Below, piece after piece: positions 51,722 through 64,000 of a DNA stretch of 64,000 bases (its first letter is position 1; each line of letters begins with the position of its first letter). Both the position numbers and the translations under genes were made by a program. The notes below the pieces were generated by a model. The model searched no databases, was not told the origin of the DNA, and saw only the letters and a program-made list of their open reading frames with translations. The DNA lies in contig JBNRSN020000013.1 of the NCBI GenBank assembly GCA_051313645.2, positions 558,001 through 622,000 on the forward strand. The letters are read 5' to 3'. Source of the stretch: Centroscyllium fabricii. Taxonomy: Eukaryota.

Positions 51722-52307
51722 CAGGTACACAATCCTTTATCTGAAAACCTCAGGACCAGACGGTTCTCGGATTTCGGATCATTTCGGTTTTCGGAATGGG
51801 CGCAATTAACATATGTTTTTCTGCAGCGAATCTTTTAAATACAGGTTGAAATGGCCGCCACCATTGATGCTTGGTGGAGCTTGGCCAAGTGGTATGTGAG
51901 CTGGGCTGTGATTGGTGTGATTTGCCTGTCTGGAGGTCAGGTGGTGTGTGAGGTGCAGCCCGGGGCTGTGATTGGTGGAGCTTGCCTGTCTCGGGTCAGG
52001 TGGTGTGTGAGCTAGGCTGTGATTGGTGGAGCTTGCCCGTCAAGGGTCATGTGGTGTGTGAGCCCAGGGGCTGTGATTGGCTGCAGCCGCTGAGTTTAAA
52101 CTTCCAGCAGCCATTTTGAATAATCAGTCAGTCCGCATTCACAAAAGTGCGATAAAGAACAGGTATAAGCAGTTTATAAATGCTTTAATAAAGTTTATTT
52201 GTTAGGTAAACATTCAGTAAAGTGCGTCGGGTCATTTTTCGCGTGCAACTCTGGTCATTTGAAATTTCGGTTTTCGGAGCTTTTCGGTTTTTGGATGTGT
52301 GTACCTG
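51722..52307. mobile_element. Tc1/mariner-pogo (Tigger-like) MITE
   Basis: TA-flanked TIRs CAGGTACACA / TGTGTACCTG. Internal ~50-60 bp tandem repeats containing CTGTGATTGG. Confidence 0.8.
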
Positions 52308-53195
52308 TACCTGTCCAACTGTCTTTATAAAAATAAATAAAAAGAAGGCCCAGAAATTCGGGTTGGAGGCTTCTCGCATGTGTCAGCCTCCAACCTACAC
52401 TTACCTAGCGCGCCGGCCGTTGAGCTGTGCCCCCTGCATGGCATTCCGATGTGGGGCTTTCCTGAACTGCCGGCGCGCCGCACTCCCGGATCCGAGTGGC
52501 ACAGTTAGTGCGAGAGATCGCGTGGGATCATGTGGGCTATAGAGAGCCAATCTGAGCACAGAATGCTCCATTCATAAGTTTGACAGGAAGACCTGTCAAA
52601 CTTATTAATACTACAAACCCCAAAACCACAGTAAATCTTAAAATATATATTTTTTTAAATCACATTTTTAAAAATAACTGTCAGCTACATAAATTAGCTA
52701 TTTTAAACAAAGTAAAAAGTTTGAAAAAAATACAGGGCTAAAAATAAACTTACCTTTCCTTAAAGCATTTAAAAATAAAAAACCTGTGGATTTTTTTTTT
52801 TTAATTAAATAAATTCACCACTTACCTTCTGAAAAGGGGACTTTGCGCATGAAAATAGGAGCTGCATCTTTCTCCACACTTACCCAGAGACAGAAGCTGT
52901 AAAAAAAATCGCAAATGCATTGCGCACGCGCTGCCGCGCACGTATTCCGACCCCTGACCCCTTCTGTCGGGATCGGAAGTGCCGGTGTTGCGCACGTGCT
53001 GTGCATGCACGAAACCGGCACTTCCGATGGGCCTACAAGGTGAGTACCCAGTGCGTACTCATGCATTGGGAGCGGAATTATGGAATCGGCTTCTACCACC
53101 TTTTCGGTACAACTGTTTCAAGAAGAACCGTCCTAACATTTACAACCTCGCCTCATAACTGAAGTCCCTCATCCCTGGTAAACCTTCTCTGTCCC

Positions 53196-53456
53196 TGTGG
53201 TAAACCTGTAATACTGTTTCCCACTGATATACTGTGCTGTATATAGTTACCTCTTGTCCCACCTATATCTACTTGGGATGTCTCTGCCGGCTCAGCCTCC
53301 AGGCTCCACCCACAGGCTGTGGTATAAAGGTGGCAGCCCTGCTGACCTCATGGCATTCCAGGACCAGATAGTGATGAGACCTGTACTTCAGTTATTTTGT
53401 TGTTAAAAGCCTTGATTACCTAAGTCTGTCAATTAGCTGTAATTGATCGTGCATCA
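53196..53456 (+). mobile_element. Solo LTR (261 bp) inside a minus-strand CR1 (~53130-54000)
   Basis: TGTGG...GCATCA ends, perfect 5-bp TSD GTCCC, TATAAA at 53323. Confidence 0.88.
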
Positions 53457-54689
53457 GTCCCCTTTTCTAAGGCCTTTACATCTTTCCTGAAGTGTGGTGC
53501 ACAAATTTGTCCACCGTACTCCAGCTGAGGCCTAATCAGTGTTTTATAAAGTTCTAGCATGATCTTTCTCCTTTTATATTCTATTCCTCTATTTAAAAAC
53601 CCTAGTAACCCATATGCTTTTTTTAACCACCTTATCAATTTGCCCTGCCACCTTTAAGGATTTGTGTATATGGACACCAAAGCCTCTCTGCTCATCCACA
53701 CTTTTCAAAATCGTGCCATTTATAGTATACTGTCTTTCCATATTAGTCCTCCCAAAGTGCGTCACTTCACACTTCTCCACATTGAACTCCATCTGCCATG
53801 CTTCTACCCATTTTACCATCCTGTCTGTCATCTAGGAGCCTATAACTATCCTCATCACTGTCTACTATTTTGCCAAGTTTCATATCATCTGCAAACTTTA
53901 AAATGCTGCTCCCTACACCCGAGTCTACGTTGTTTCTAAAAATTGCAAAGAGTAATGGACCCAAAATGGACCCTTGGGGAACACCACTGCAAACCACCTC
54001 TCGGTCTGAAAAGCTGTCCCAAGAGCAGTGCCAAGTGCGGTACCTACTCATCAGGCAATTGCTTAATCCAGATCCTCCATGAAGGAATTTTGGCAAAGAG
54101 GCTTGCATGTCATGAGGCCAACTTCCCATCCGCAGAAATAGATGGCATATATGTGTAGCCTGAAGCCCCCTCTCTGCAGCTGTTTCCTATTTTTCTACAG
54201 ATCCACTTTGCAGCTAGGTCCCGGATCTTGCAGCTGACCTGGAGGAAGTCCTTCTGTTGCATGTGTAACTACTTCAAGGAGAACTGGTTACATATGTCTT
54301 GTGTGTCATAAGCTTAACCTGCATTTGGACTTTGCTGTCTTTGAAGATAAACCAAAAAATCAGTTTCCTCTTCTTGGCATGATCCCGAAGATTTGGTCCA
54401 GAGATATGGGCATCCATTTGGAGTCTCTTCCATCCCCCCTCCCCCTCCCCGCCCCCAATCCAGTACTAAGATGCATCAACAATTCAAACAGATGTCCCTT
54501 ATATTTTCCTCAAAGATCCTCTCTTGGGCTGTGCAAAGCTGTGATACCAAACTTTGGAACATCCACCACCATGTGCCACTAGTTAGCCCATTGTTAAGAT
54601 AGTGAGTCCCCAGGTGAGTCTCCCAACAAACCAATACCAAAGGATACTGCAATGCTTTTGGAAATGCCTGGAACCGATACTCCAGAGTC

Positions 54690-55647
54690 CATCTTGCCAT
54701 CTTGCCTTACTCTGAACACGGGAACCCCACAAGGTTGTGTGCTGAGCCCCCTCCTCTACTCCCTCTTCACTCACGACTGTGCGGCTGTCCATGGCTCCAA
54801 CACAATCATCAAGTTCGCGGATGACACCACGGTGGTTGGCCAGATCACCAACAACAACGAGTCAGCCTACAGGGATGAGATCCAGCGCCTTGTGGGTTGG
54901 TGTGCCGACAACAACCTGGCACTGAACACCAAGAAAACCAAGGAGATCATAGTAGACTTCCGGAGGACTGGAAGCAGAAGACACCCCCCCATCTTCATCC
55001 AAGGGGCTGAGGTGGAAAGGGTGTCCAGCTTCAAGTTCCTCGGGGTCCACATCTCGGAAGATCTCTCCTGGTCACTAAACACCTCCTCTCTGGTTAAGAA
55101 GGCCCAACAGTGCCTGTACTTCCTAAGGAAGCTGAAGAAAGCCAGGCTGTCATCCGGCATCCTCTCCAACTTCTACCGCTGCACAATAGAAAGCATACTG
55201 ACAAGCTGCATCACTGTCTGGTATGGAAATTGCACTATCTCGGACCGGAAAACCCTGCAGCGGGTAGTCAAAACTGCCCAACGAATTACCGGTACACGGC
55301 TACCGTCAATGGAAAGCATCTACCTCAAACGCTGCTTACGGAGGTCTGTGAACATTATTAAAGACCCCACACACCCCAGCCACAGTCTGTTCGCCCCCCT
55401 GCCCTCCGGGTGACGCTACAGAGCAATTTGCACCCGCACGACTAGATTGAAGAACAGCTTCTTCCCCAGGGCTGTCAGACTCCTGAACTCTAAAAAGAAA
55501 CTCCGGTACCTGCACGCCTGATAATGTACTTTACTGTATGCAATTTGCATGTGATTTGTTTGCACTACTCTCTGGAGAGTCGAGTCTTCGTCTCGTCGTA
55601 TTGTACTAGTACTCTGCAATGACAATAAAACTTGAATTGAATTGAAT
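54690..55647 (+). mobile_element. Rex1/Babar-type non-LTR retrotransposon, 5'-truncated
   Basis: LNTGTPQGCVLSPLLYSLFTHDC, KFADDTTVVG and FYRCTIESIL; AATAAA plus (TTGAA)3 tail. Confidence 0.8.
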
Positions 55648-57302
55648 CCCTTACAGTGCCATCCAACACATCATTAATGAAGACGTTGGATAAAATGAGT
55701 TAAAGTAGACATCTTAGCCTCCCGCTCTTGAAAGTTGGGTTTGATGATTAATTCTGCCTCTATCCTTCTACAGATCTTTGAGCTGAAGCAAAGCCTGGTT
55801 AAAGTCTAAGACTTGGCCATGTTCTGGCATAGCTTCCATCACCTTCATGAGGTCATGGCCTTAGGAAGAGTGATTTAAAAGTATTGCAAGTGGGTTCCTC
55901 TGAGTCTCGAGACATTGTGCAATCTGGACTAAAGCTATAACCTGCCATACGCCTTCCTCACGAGAACAAAATCACATCTGTTCCTTTCTGATTACTACTC
56001 TGGCCTCCAGACCATTGATTACACATAGATTATATAGGATATATGGCACAGAAACAGGCCTTTTGGCCCAACCAGTCCATGCCAATGTTTATGATCCACT
56101 TGCGTCTCCTCCTGTCTTTCCTCATCTAACTCTATCAGCATAACCCTCTATTCCCTTCTCCCTCATAGGCTTATCTAGCCTCCCCTTAAATGCATCTATA
56201 CTATTCGCTTCAACCACTCCCTGTGGTAGCGAGTTCCACATTCGCACCACTCTCTGGGTAAAGAAGTTTCTTCTGAATTCCCTGTTGAATTTCTTGGTGA
56301 CTATTTTATATTAATGGCCTCCAGTTATGCTCTTCCCCACAAGTGGAAACATTCTCTCTCTATCCACACCATCAAAACCTTTTCATAATTTTAAAGACCT
56401 TCATTAGGTCACATAGAAACGTAGCAAAATAGGAGCAGGAGTCGGCCATTTGGTCCTTCGTGTCTGCTCCGCCATTCAATGTGGTCATGGCTGATCGTCG
56501 ACCTCAATACCATATTCCCGCTCTCTCCCCATACCCCTTGATGCCTTTTGTGTCTAGAAATCTATCTATCTCTCCCCATACCCCACTGCCTTTTTTCAAG
56601 AGGAAAGAGACCCGGCCTGTTCATCCTTTCCTGATGTGTATACCCTCGCATTTCTTGTAAATCTTCTCTGCACCCTCTCCAGTGCCTCTATATCCTTTTT
56701 ATAATATGGCGGCCAGAACTGTACACAGTACTCTAAGTGTGGTCTAACCAAGGTTCAATACAGGCTTAGCATAACTTCCCTACTTTTCAATTTTATCCCT
56801 CTAGAAATAAACCCTAGTGCTTGGTTTGTATTTTTAATGGCCTTGCTAACCTGTGGTGCAACTTTGTGATTTGTGTATTTGTACTGCGAGATCCCTTTGT
56901 TCCTCTACCCCACTTAGACTCGCACCCTCCAAGTGATCAGTGACCTCCCTATTCTTCCGACCAAAATGTAAAACTTCACATTTGTCTTGAACTTAATTTG
57001 CCAATTATCTGCCGATTCTGCAAGTTTATTACTGTCCTCCTGTAATTTGTTGCAGTCCTCCTCCGTATTGATTATATCCGCAAATTTAGAAATTGTTTTT
57101 GATTCCAAAGTCTAAATCGTTAATGTAAATTGTGAACAACAGTGGTCCTAGCCCTGATCCTTGTGGAACACCACTGCCCACCATCTGCCACTGAATAGCT
57201 ACCCTTCCCTCCCCTTTTCTCCCACTCTCTACTTCCGTCTTGAAGCCAGCCAGCAATCCATTCTGCTACTTGTCCCCTGACTCAACATTCTCTGACCTTA
57301 TT

Positions 57303-57706
57303 CATAGAAACATAGAAGATAGGAGCAGGAGTAGGCCATTCGGCCCTTCGTACCTGCTCCGCCATTCAATGAGATCATGGCTGACCATCCAAACTCAGTA
57401 CCCTGTCCCTGCCTTGTCCCTATATCCCTCGATCGCTATCGAGCCTGCACCAACACATATCCCACCCTATCCCCGTTACCCCACATATTCAATCCCCCTA
57501 ACACCAAGGGTCAATTTATCATGGCCAATCAACCTAACCCACACATCTTTGGACTGTGGGAGGAAACCGGAGCACCCGGAGGAAACCCACGCAGACACGG
57601 GGAGAATGTGCAAACTCCACACAGATAGTACCCGAGGCCGGATTTGAACCCGGGTCTCTAGTGCTGTAAGGCAACAGTGCTAACCACTATGCCACCGTGC
57701 CGCCCC
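57303..57706 (-). mobile_element. HE1-type V-SINE
   Basis: Same family as 25872-26279. Confidence 0.9.
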
Positions 57707-58071
57707 TAGTCATTAGTCTATTATGGGGCAGCTTATTGAAGGTGTTTTGAAAATCTAGATAAATTACATCTGCATTACCATTGTCGACTCTCTCTTACCT
57801 CTTCAGATAATTCAGTAAGTTTGGCCAAACAAGATTTTTCCCTTTTTGAAATTTATGCTGACTATTAGGTACTATACTTTTCATTTCTAGAGTTTCTATT
57901 CTCCTTCAGTAGTGATTTCATTATTTTTCCTACCACCGATGTTAAGCTGACTGGTCTATAATTCCCTGGACATGTTCTATCCCCCTTCTTGAATATAGCT
58001 TTTTGTGTTGGTAATCTGCCAGTCCTCTGGCACTACTCCTTTTTCTAACAAATTATTAAATATGTGCAGTA

Positions 58072-58582
58072 CAGGTTGCGTACCGGAAATCTGGCACGGG
58101 CGGGACCAAGCCCGTGCCGGGAAAGTTAAAAAACCGGCAGAATGAAGTCGGTCAGTGCGCGCACCATGCAAAATGGCCGCACGCATGCGCACAACATTGG
58201 AAATGGCTGCCGAACGTCTTTGTGGAGTCTCAGCTGACGACCAGCAGGCTGCTCTGGGAAACGCGCGCTTCACCTTGGCGGGCGCTCGGGACTCGCACAT
58301 TCAAAATGCGGCGCGAGCCGCCGCACCCTGATGCCACGGAAGGCCCGACGGCCGTTTTGAATGATCTGCGCATGCGCTCGCCGTACGGCGACGCATGTGC
58401 AGATCATTCAAAACACCCGGCAGTCGTTTTGAATGATCTGCGCATGCGCTCGCCGTTCGGTGGCGCATGTGCAGATCATTCGCCGAAGCCGCGATCGCGG
58501 CTGCCATCTTGCGCATGCGCAGTGCAGTCGGGGCAATTTGTTCCGGCAGACTGAAGCTGCCGGCTTTTTGGTGCACAACCTG
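58072..58582. mobile_element. Tc1/mariner-pogo MITE with internal tandem palindromes
   Basis: TA-flanked TIRs CAGGTTGCGTACC / GGTGCACAACCTG. 72-bp internal repeat. Confidence 0.85.
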
Positions 58583-59107
58583 TAATGCCTCTGCTACCTC
58601 TTCCCTGGATTCTTTTAAAATGTGCGGCTACAATCGATCTGGACCAGGGGTTTAATCCTCTGAGATTAGTTTATTTAATATATCTCTTTAAAAAAAATTT
58701 TAAATGCACTTATCTCATTACTCATCTCATCATCCCATGTCATGTCCACCTGATACATCTCCCTGGCAAATACCGAAGCGAAATAATGATTTAATATTTC
58801 TGCCATCTGTGGTATTGTCCTGTCCATCCCTTAATGGCCCTATTCCCATCACAACCTTTTTGTTTGGCCTTTTTTTCTTTCCCAGATGGCAGCTGTCTTT
58901 CATTCTGCCAGCGCAATTCTCACTTCATCTCGAGCCATCCTTTATTCCTTAACCTGTCCCATTACCATCTCCTTTTGCCTTGAATATCTCTCAGTCTCTC
59001 TTAATAGCTCCTGCTATCTATCCTATCACTGACCTTCCCTTTTGTTCTTTCATCCCCTCCCCCTTTCCCAGCCCCTAAACTTACTTAACATTTCTTGCTT
59101 TTTTCCC

Positions 59108-59144
59108 AGTTCTGACGAAAGGTCATCGACCTGAAACGTTAACT
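59108..59144 (+). ncRNA. Minimal type-I hammerhead ribozyme motif in a PLE terminal repeat (~58950-59237)
   Basis: AGTT-CTGACGA-A-AGGTC-ATC-GACCT-GAAA-CGTT-AACT. Core intact; stems I and II pair. Confidence 0.65.
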
Positions 59145-60035
59145 CTGTTTCTCTCTCCACCGATGCTGCCGGGCCTGCTGAGTTTTTCCAGCGTTTTCTG
59201 TTATTTAGGATTTCCAGCAGCCGCAGGATTTTGCTATTCCTTTTATTATTGATGTGCCTGTAAAATATTTCACTATTTTGTTGTATGTTCCTTGATAATT
59301 TAATTTCATCGTTCCTCTTTGCCTTCCTAATTGTTTTTTTTGACTTCTCTCCTAATCCTTTCATATTCTCTCTCCTCATGTTGCAACAACTTGAAGAAAG
59401 ACCTTAAAAGCCATTGCCTGTTGATTCTTGGGTAGTTTTTGGGCTTGCCCAAGCAGCCCCCTCGTAGATAGAAACCGCAACTGAGCTCTGGAATATTGAA
59501 TTTGCATGCCTGGAGCAGAACTCTATTCTGCCTCAAAAAAGGGCAGCTGCAAGGCAAGTCAGTAATTTCCACCCACCCCCCCCCCCCACTTCACCGCCTG
59601 CTCAGAGTGGGCTCAACGCTTGTAGTGGCATATTTCTGGTAGTTTCCGCATACTTTCATAATCTCCAAGATGGATTGATGAAGTGATTGGGGGAAAAAAA
59701 GAAAGACTTGAAAACCAAAGAATGATGGGTCTTAATTACCCAACTCACTAGTTGACTTGGAGACCCTATTATGGCAGTGAATATGGCTCAAAAATTGGAT
59801 GCAACCAAGCTAAGTGCAGAAAAGGGGCAAATAACTGATATTCCAGACAGACCAAGTAATTTTGAAACTTCTGCTAAGAACACATGACCTTAATAGCAAT
59901 CTGCAGTTTATTGAAACTACTGATTATAATAAAATATTTGTTAAAAATGTGAAACTGATTTTTTTTCTGTTGCCTTTTATTGTCTCTTCAATTTGTTCAT
60001 TTGCAGGTAAATCAGGGTGAAATAAATCTAACAAA

Positions 60036-60143
60036 ATGCCGCTGTTCAAATCACACAAAAGTCCAGCAGACATAGTCAAAAACCTCAAAGAGAACATGGC
60101 GATGCTGGAAAAGCAGGATATTTCAGACAAAAAGGCTGAAAAG
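60036..60143 (+). CDS. CAB39: First coding exon of a calcium-binding protein 39 (MO25) family gene; paralog (CAB39 or CAB39L) not certain
   Basis: [36 protein letters not shown] matches the CAB39 N-terminus. Acceptor TTTGCAG| at 60006 and phase-0 donor AAG|GTATGT at 60144. Absent from the ORF track because it is short. Confidence 0.9.
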
Positions 60144-60550
60144 GTATGTACTGGTGCTTGAAAAGGTGTTGTCGTGTGGAAGTAATCTTGTTCAACGCAT
60201 GAGAGCAAGAAGCAGTTGAGTGTAGTTGAAAGCTGACAAAAGAAATCAACCAGTATCTTTGTCCTGTCATAATCAAAGTGCCAATGTTCTACAATTGAAT
60301 AATTAATTATGCTTTTATGTCAACATTTAAAAATATTTTGGTTGGGTTTCATGGAAGGAAAGAACTAACATTTAGATAACACCTTCAGCTGATGAGTTGC
60401 TTTCAAAGTGTAAGCAAGTGATGCAGCCAATCTGTGCACAGCAAGGTGATAAATGACCAGTTATTCTGTTTTGGTGTTCGCTTGGGTATAACTGTTGCCC
60501 AGTACACCAGGAGAACTCCCATCTTTACTAGTGCCACAGGATCGTTTTAT

Positions 60551-60689
60551 GGTAGCAAAATACTGCTGGAAATCCAAAATAACAACAGAAAACGCTGGAG
60601 AAACTCAGCAGGCCAGGCAACATCGGTAGCGTTTCTCCCTCCACCGATGCTGCCTGGCCTGCTGAGTTTCTCCAGCGTTTTCTGTTGTT
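60551..60689. repeat. PLE-terminus-derived palindrome (~110-nt hairpin) inside a minus-strand DeuSINE (~60370-60880)
   Basis: AACAACAGAAAACGCTGGAGAAACTCAGCAGGCCAGGCA is inverted as TGCCTGGCCTGCTGAGTTTCTCCAGCGTTTTCTGTTGTT. Confidence 0.85.
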
Positions 60690-61789
60690 CAGGATCTTTT
60701 TATGTCCAGCTCAACAGACAGAACCTCTCATTTGTTTGAAGTCTTATCTGAAAGATTCCACCACTGACAGCACAGCAGTCCCTCAGTGGTGCATAGATTA
60801 TGTGCTCAACTCCTGGAGCAGGGCTTGAAACCACTGTCTTCTGTCAGGCAGGTGAGAGTGCCACCACGGAGCCAGGCTAACAAATGTAAATACTTGGATG
60901 TTCTTCAAGGCTCAAAAAAGAAATGCCAAGGGTTTGAAATTCAGCTGTATGAATACTAGAGTCAGCTATTTTAACGAGTTATTAATTCATTCATTTAAAT
61001 GGGTTAATATCTCAAGTTAAAATAGTGAACAAAATAATGGCATGTGCGTATGTCACGCATTCATATGCTAATGTTTGCATAGTGCAGTCAAGATCTTGAA
61101 TTTGGGCAGGACTTTAAAACATTAACATGTGACCGAAGGATTGGAAATGCTTTCCATGATTGATTGATTGATTAGTTTCGTGCCAGCTATGTATTACTGC
61201 TGGCATCTCCCTGCTTTGTGGCCGGTTCATTAAAAAATATATATCTTTGTTTCAAGGTGTAATGTGTTTAGGGGATTGCCTATTTGTAAGATGCTTCAAA
61301 CCGTTTAAAATTAGATTTCTAAATAAAGTGTCATGGAACAGAGCATGTTGTTGAATGTAAGGACGAGTTACTGGATATTCAAGAATGTTGCTCTGTACGT
61401 CCCAGAAGAGAAACAGACGGGCTTTTGATGCAGAAGTGCGACCACACAAAATACAAGCTCATCGAGCAAGACATATGTACATTTTGTGGGGTATTAATCT
61501 TTGCAGTCTTTTTAGGGCGCAGGAGCATATTTAATATCAATTATTGATGCAGTTCAAAGTGCATTCACTGGAAGTAATACACATTTCAATGCTCAGCATG
61601 GTTTTGTGCATGTTTTTAGTGGGTTTCAGAAGGTATGGGGATAGTATTGAATGCTAGTTTGGAAGCTAGCATTCAAGTTTGCATGCAAGTTTGGAAGCTT
61701 TCAGCTAACCCATAATTATGATACTGCGATGTAAATAAAACGACATGATGAAAGCACTGTGCAGTGGGTTTCTTTAGTTCATCATTGTT

Positions 61790-62185
61790 TTGTCTGTCAG
61801 CTTGACTCAGATGATGGCACTTTTATCTCTTTAGTCCGAAGGTAGTGGGTTTGAGCCCCACTCCAATACGTCTAGACTGACGGGAAGTGCTGCATTATCA
61901 GGTGGTGCCTTCCCTTAGCGGAGATGTTAAATCGAACTCCCCCTTCCTGCTCGGGTAGTTGTTAAAGAACCCAATTAAAGAAGAGCAGAGCGTTCTCCTG
62001 GTGTCCTGATCAATAATCAACCACTTAACCAACAAGTCCAGATTCACTGGTCATTCATCTCATTCCTGTTTGTGGGACCTTGCTGTGTACAAAATGGCTG
62101 CCTCGTTTACTCACATAACAATGCTGCATAACACTCATTGTGTATTATGTGCCTGGAGACATTTGAGACACAATAAGGCCCTACA
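61790..62185 (+). mobile_element. Old DeuSINE copy
   Basis: Diverged similarity to 42315-42772. Confidence 0.55.
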
Positions 62186-63894
62186 ATAGATGTTATTTAT
62201 AAAGGCTACTGTAAAGTGTTGACTTACTTTCCATCCCCCCAAAATTGTATGCGTGAACAAGGCTGCGTTGCCAAAAGAATGTCTCAAGTGGATGCATTTG
62301 GTAAATTGGCACAAAGATTACACATCAGATTGCAGTTGATGTGGTAGAAAAATATTGTCCTCATTTATTTAGATATTAGAAGCTAACAATTCCACTTATT
62401 ACTAATATATCTCAAATTGATATTATGTGTACAGAGAAGTTTTCAAGCATTTCAGTCCAATTTTTTTAATTAAATGGAATTTGGGGAATTTTTTTCCAGT
62501 GATGTTTCAGGGATTGAATTCTGAGATTCTATCCTTTTTCCACGAAAGCTGTAAATCAGTGACCTTGGTCCTTGCAATTTGTATTTTGAGACTGGTGTAT
62601 TAACAGGGCAAGAGTGGTAGGATGTGAATTCAATCCTACAGCTGCTCATGCATTGAGTTCCTAATCTCAACAGGGCAGTCTAGAAAGAGGGATTTGCTCA
62701 GAGGGTGAAGGAAACATTGACTGAGCTTGTGCACCTGGTTCAGAAGCAGCATTTGAAAGAGCTTTGGAGTAGATCTCTCTGTCAATCTGTCATTTTTCTC
62801 CGGAACTATTTGTGTTTGGTATCGGGGAATCTTTAAAAAGGTGAAGAAAAGCTATTCTCAAAATGTTGGAGAGAGGGAGTAATAGAAAATTTTTGTGTTT
62901 TTTTTAATGTTACTGGTTAAAATCTCAAGATACAACTATTCTCATTTTGAGGCTAAGGAGCATCTCCTAAATTTCCCAGGCTCCTGGAACTGGTACATTC
63001 CTGTCTCTTTTGAATGGCAAATCACCTGGCCAGTGATTGGCTTTCCTTTTGCTGCTGGCATTATTAATGCTGTTGCTATCGGATGCTTTAAGGTGGGGCT
63101 ACAGTCTTTCTAGACCATTTAACTGCTGTTAAAATGAATGTAGTGACAGGAGTGTAAATGAGCCAAAAGAATGATGGGTGCAGTTAGCTTGAATAGTTCC
63201 TTTTTGGAACCGCTGATGTGAATGAGTGAACTAAATTGGCAGAGAAAGTTCGTGGCTTTTTGTTGGTGACTTCTGTAATTGTACATAACAGAAAAGAAAA
63301 GTAGTTTAGTGGTCTGTCCGTAAACAACAGTTTCCACAGCATAAAGAACATGAGTTCAAATGTGAAATTTCTCAGCCTTTACAATGTAGCCCTCAATTCT
63401 TCTTGTACTCAGACAAGAGTTCTAAAAGTGCTTGCTTGATTCAGAATTGGATAAATCAAGTTCAGAAAGTTTTAAACACTTTGCCTGAAAGTTTTTATAA
63501 GCATTCCTAAATCAACTAAATTTCCTTTACATAAAACATTTCTGGCTTGTTTAAGTTGGTGAGTAATGCATCTGCTTTTTTGACTAGATATGGTTTTGCA
63601 GACTGATGGCACCTCTTACTGTGATTACTGTATTTCACTGGGCAATTATTATGGCCTGGATAATCACACATTGTTTTGACAATATTGAAGTGGGACGGGG
63701 GAGAAAGAAAATTTTTAACATGGCAATGGGACAGGTATAACTAGAAATAATAATTGGTACCGTATGTTTCTAATAGGTTTGACCATATAAACTGAGAATT
63801 TTTGTAAATGCCAGAACACATCAGCCTGAAAAGACTTTCTGCAGTCTGCTTTTTCAAATTTTTTTTAGGTAAAAACAGCTTCAGAGTTATCTAT

Positions 63895-64000
63895 GGTAGC
63901 AAAATACTGCAGATGCTGGAAATCTGAAATAACAGAAAACGCTGGAAAAACTCAGTAGGCCAGGCAGCATCCGTGGAGAGCGGGAAATACAGTTAACGTT
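63895..64000 (-). repeat. PLE terminal-repeat fragment, runs off the right edge
   Basis: Matches 11866-11970. Confidence 0.8.

Larger units (their letters stand above)
56024..58850 (-). mobile_element. Old CR1 LINE with nested CR1 tail, SINE and MITE
   Basis: Degenerate RT motifs (ISKFAD, GVPQGS) and a tail near 56024. Confidence 0.75.

Noticed and set aside
52346-53100. Possible non-autonomous DNA transposon with CpG-rich ends and an AT-rich centre
   Set aside because: I could not identify a matching right TIR or TSD.
61650-61675. Short hairpin GAATGCTAG...CTAGCATTC
   Set aside because: A 9-bp stem is expected by chance in 64 kb.
62420-63895. Next CAB39 coding exon (expected to begin ATEEVSK or ASEEVSK); AG sites at ~62434 and 63868
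   Set aside because: Translations after these sites do not match MO25. The exon probably lies beyond the window.

Overview
Vertebrate nuclear DNA, most likely a shark or ray: it carries HE1-type V-SINEs, DeuSINEs, CR1/HER1-type LINEs and Penelope-like elements. It is not prokaryotic. Most of the window is nested transposable elements. The only host gene I can support is the 5' part of a CAB39/MO25-family gene on the + strand. It has a CpG-island promoter and probable non-coding exon 1 at ~23.3-23.95 kb, a probable non-coding exon at 33274-33401, and the first coding exon at 60036-60143. Main mobile elements: a 12 kb Penelope-like element (1357-13255) split by a 6.8 kb array of ~4 head-to-tail LTR-like units; two complete Gypsy retrotransposons (18720-23166 and 44706-50016); three solo LTRs; hAT and Harbinger remnants; four MITEs; a Rex1/Babar-type LINE; and many CR1 copies. 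Most unusual: (i) a 1758-bp solo LTR containing a 17-codon piece matching SUMO2/3, (ii) the LTR-derived hierarchical macrosatellite, and (iii) a minimal hammerhead ribozyme motif in sense orientation ~0.9 kb before the first coding exon. Coordinates were read by eye and family names come from recalled motifs, not database searches.
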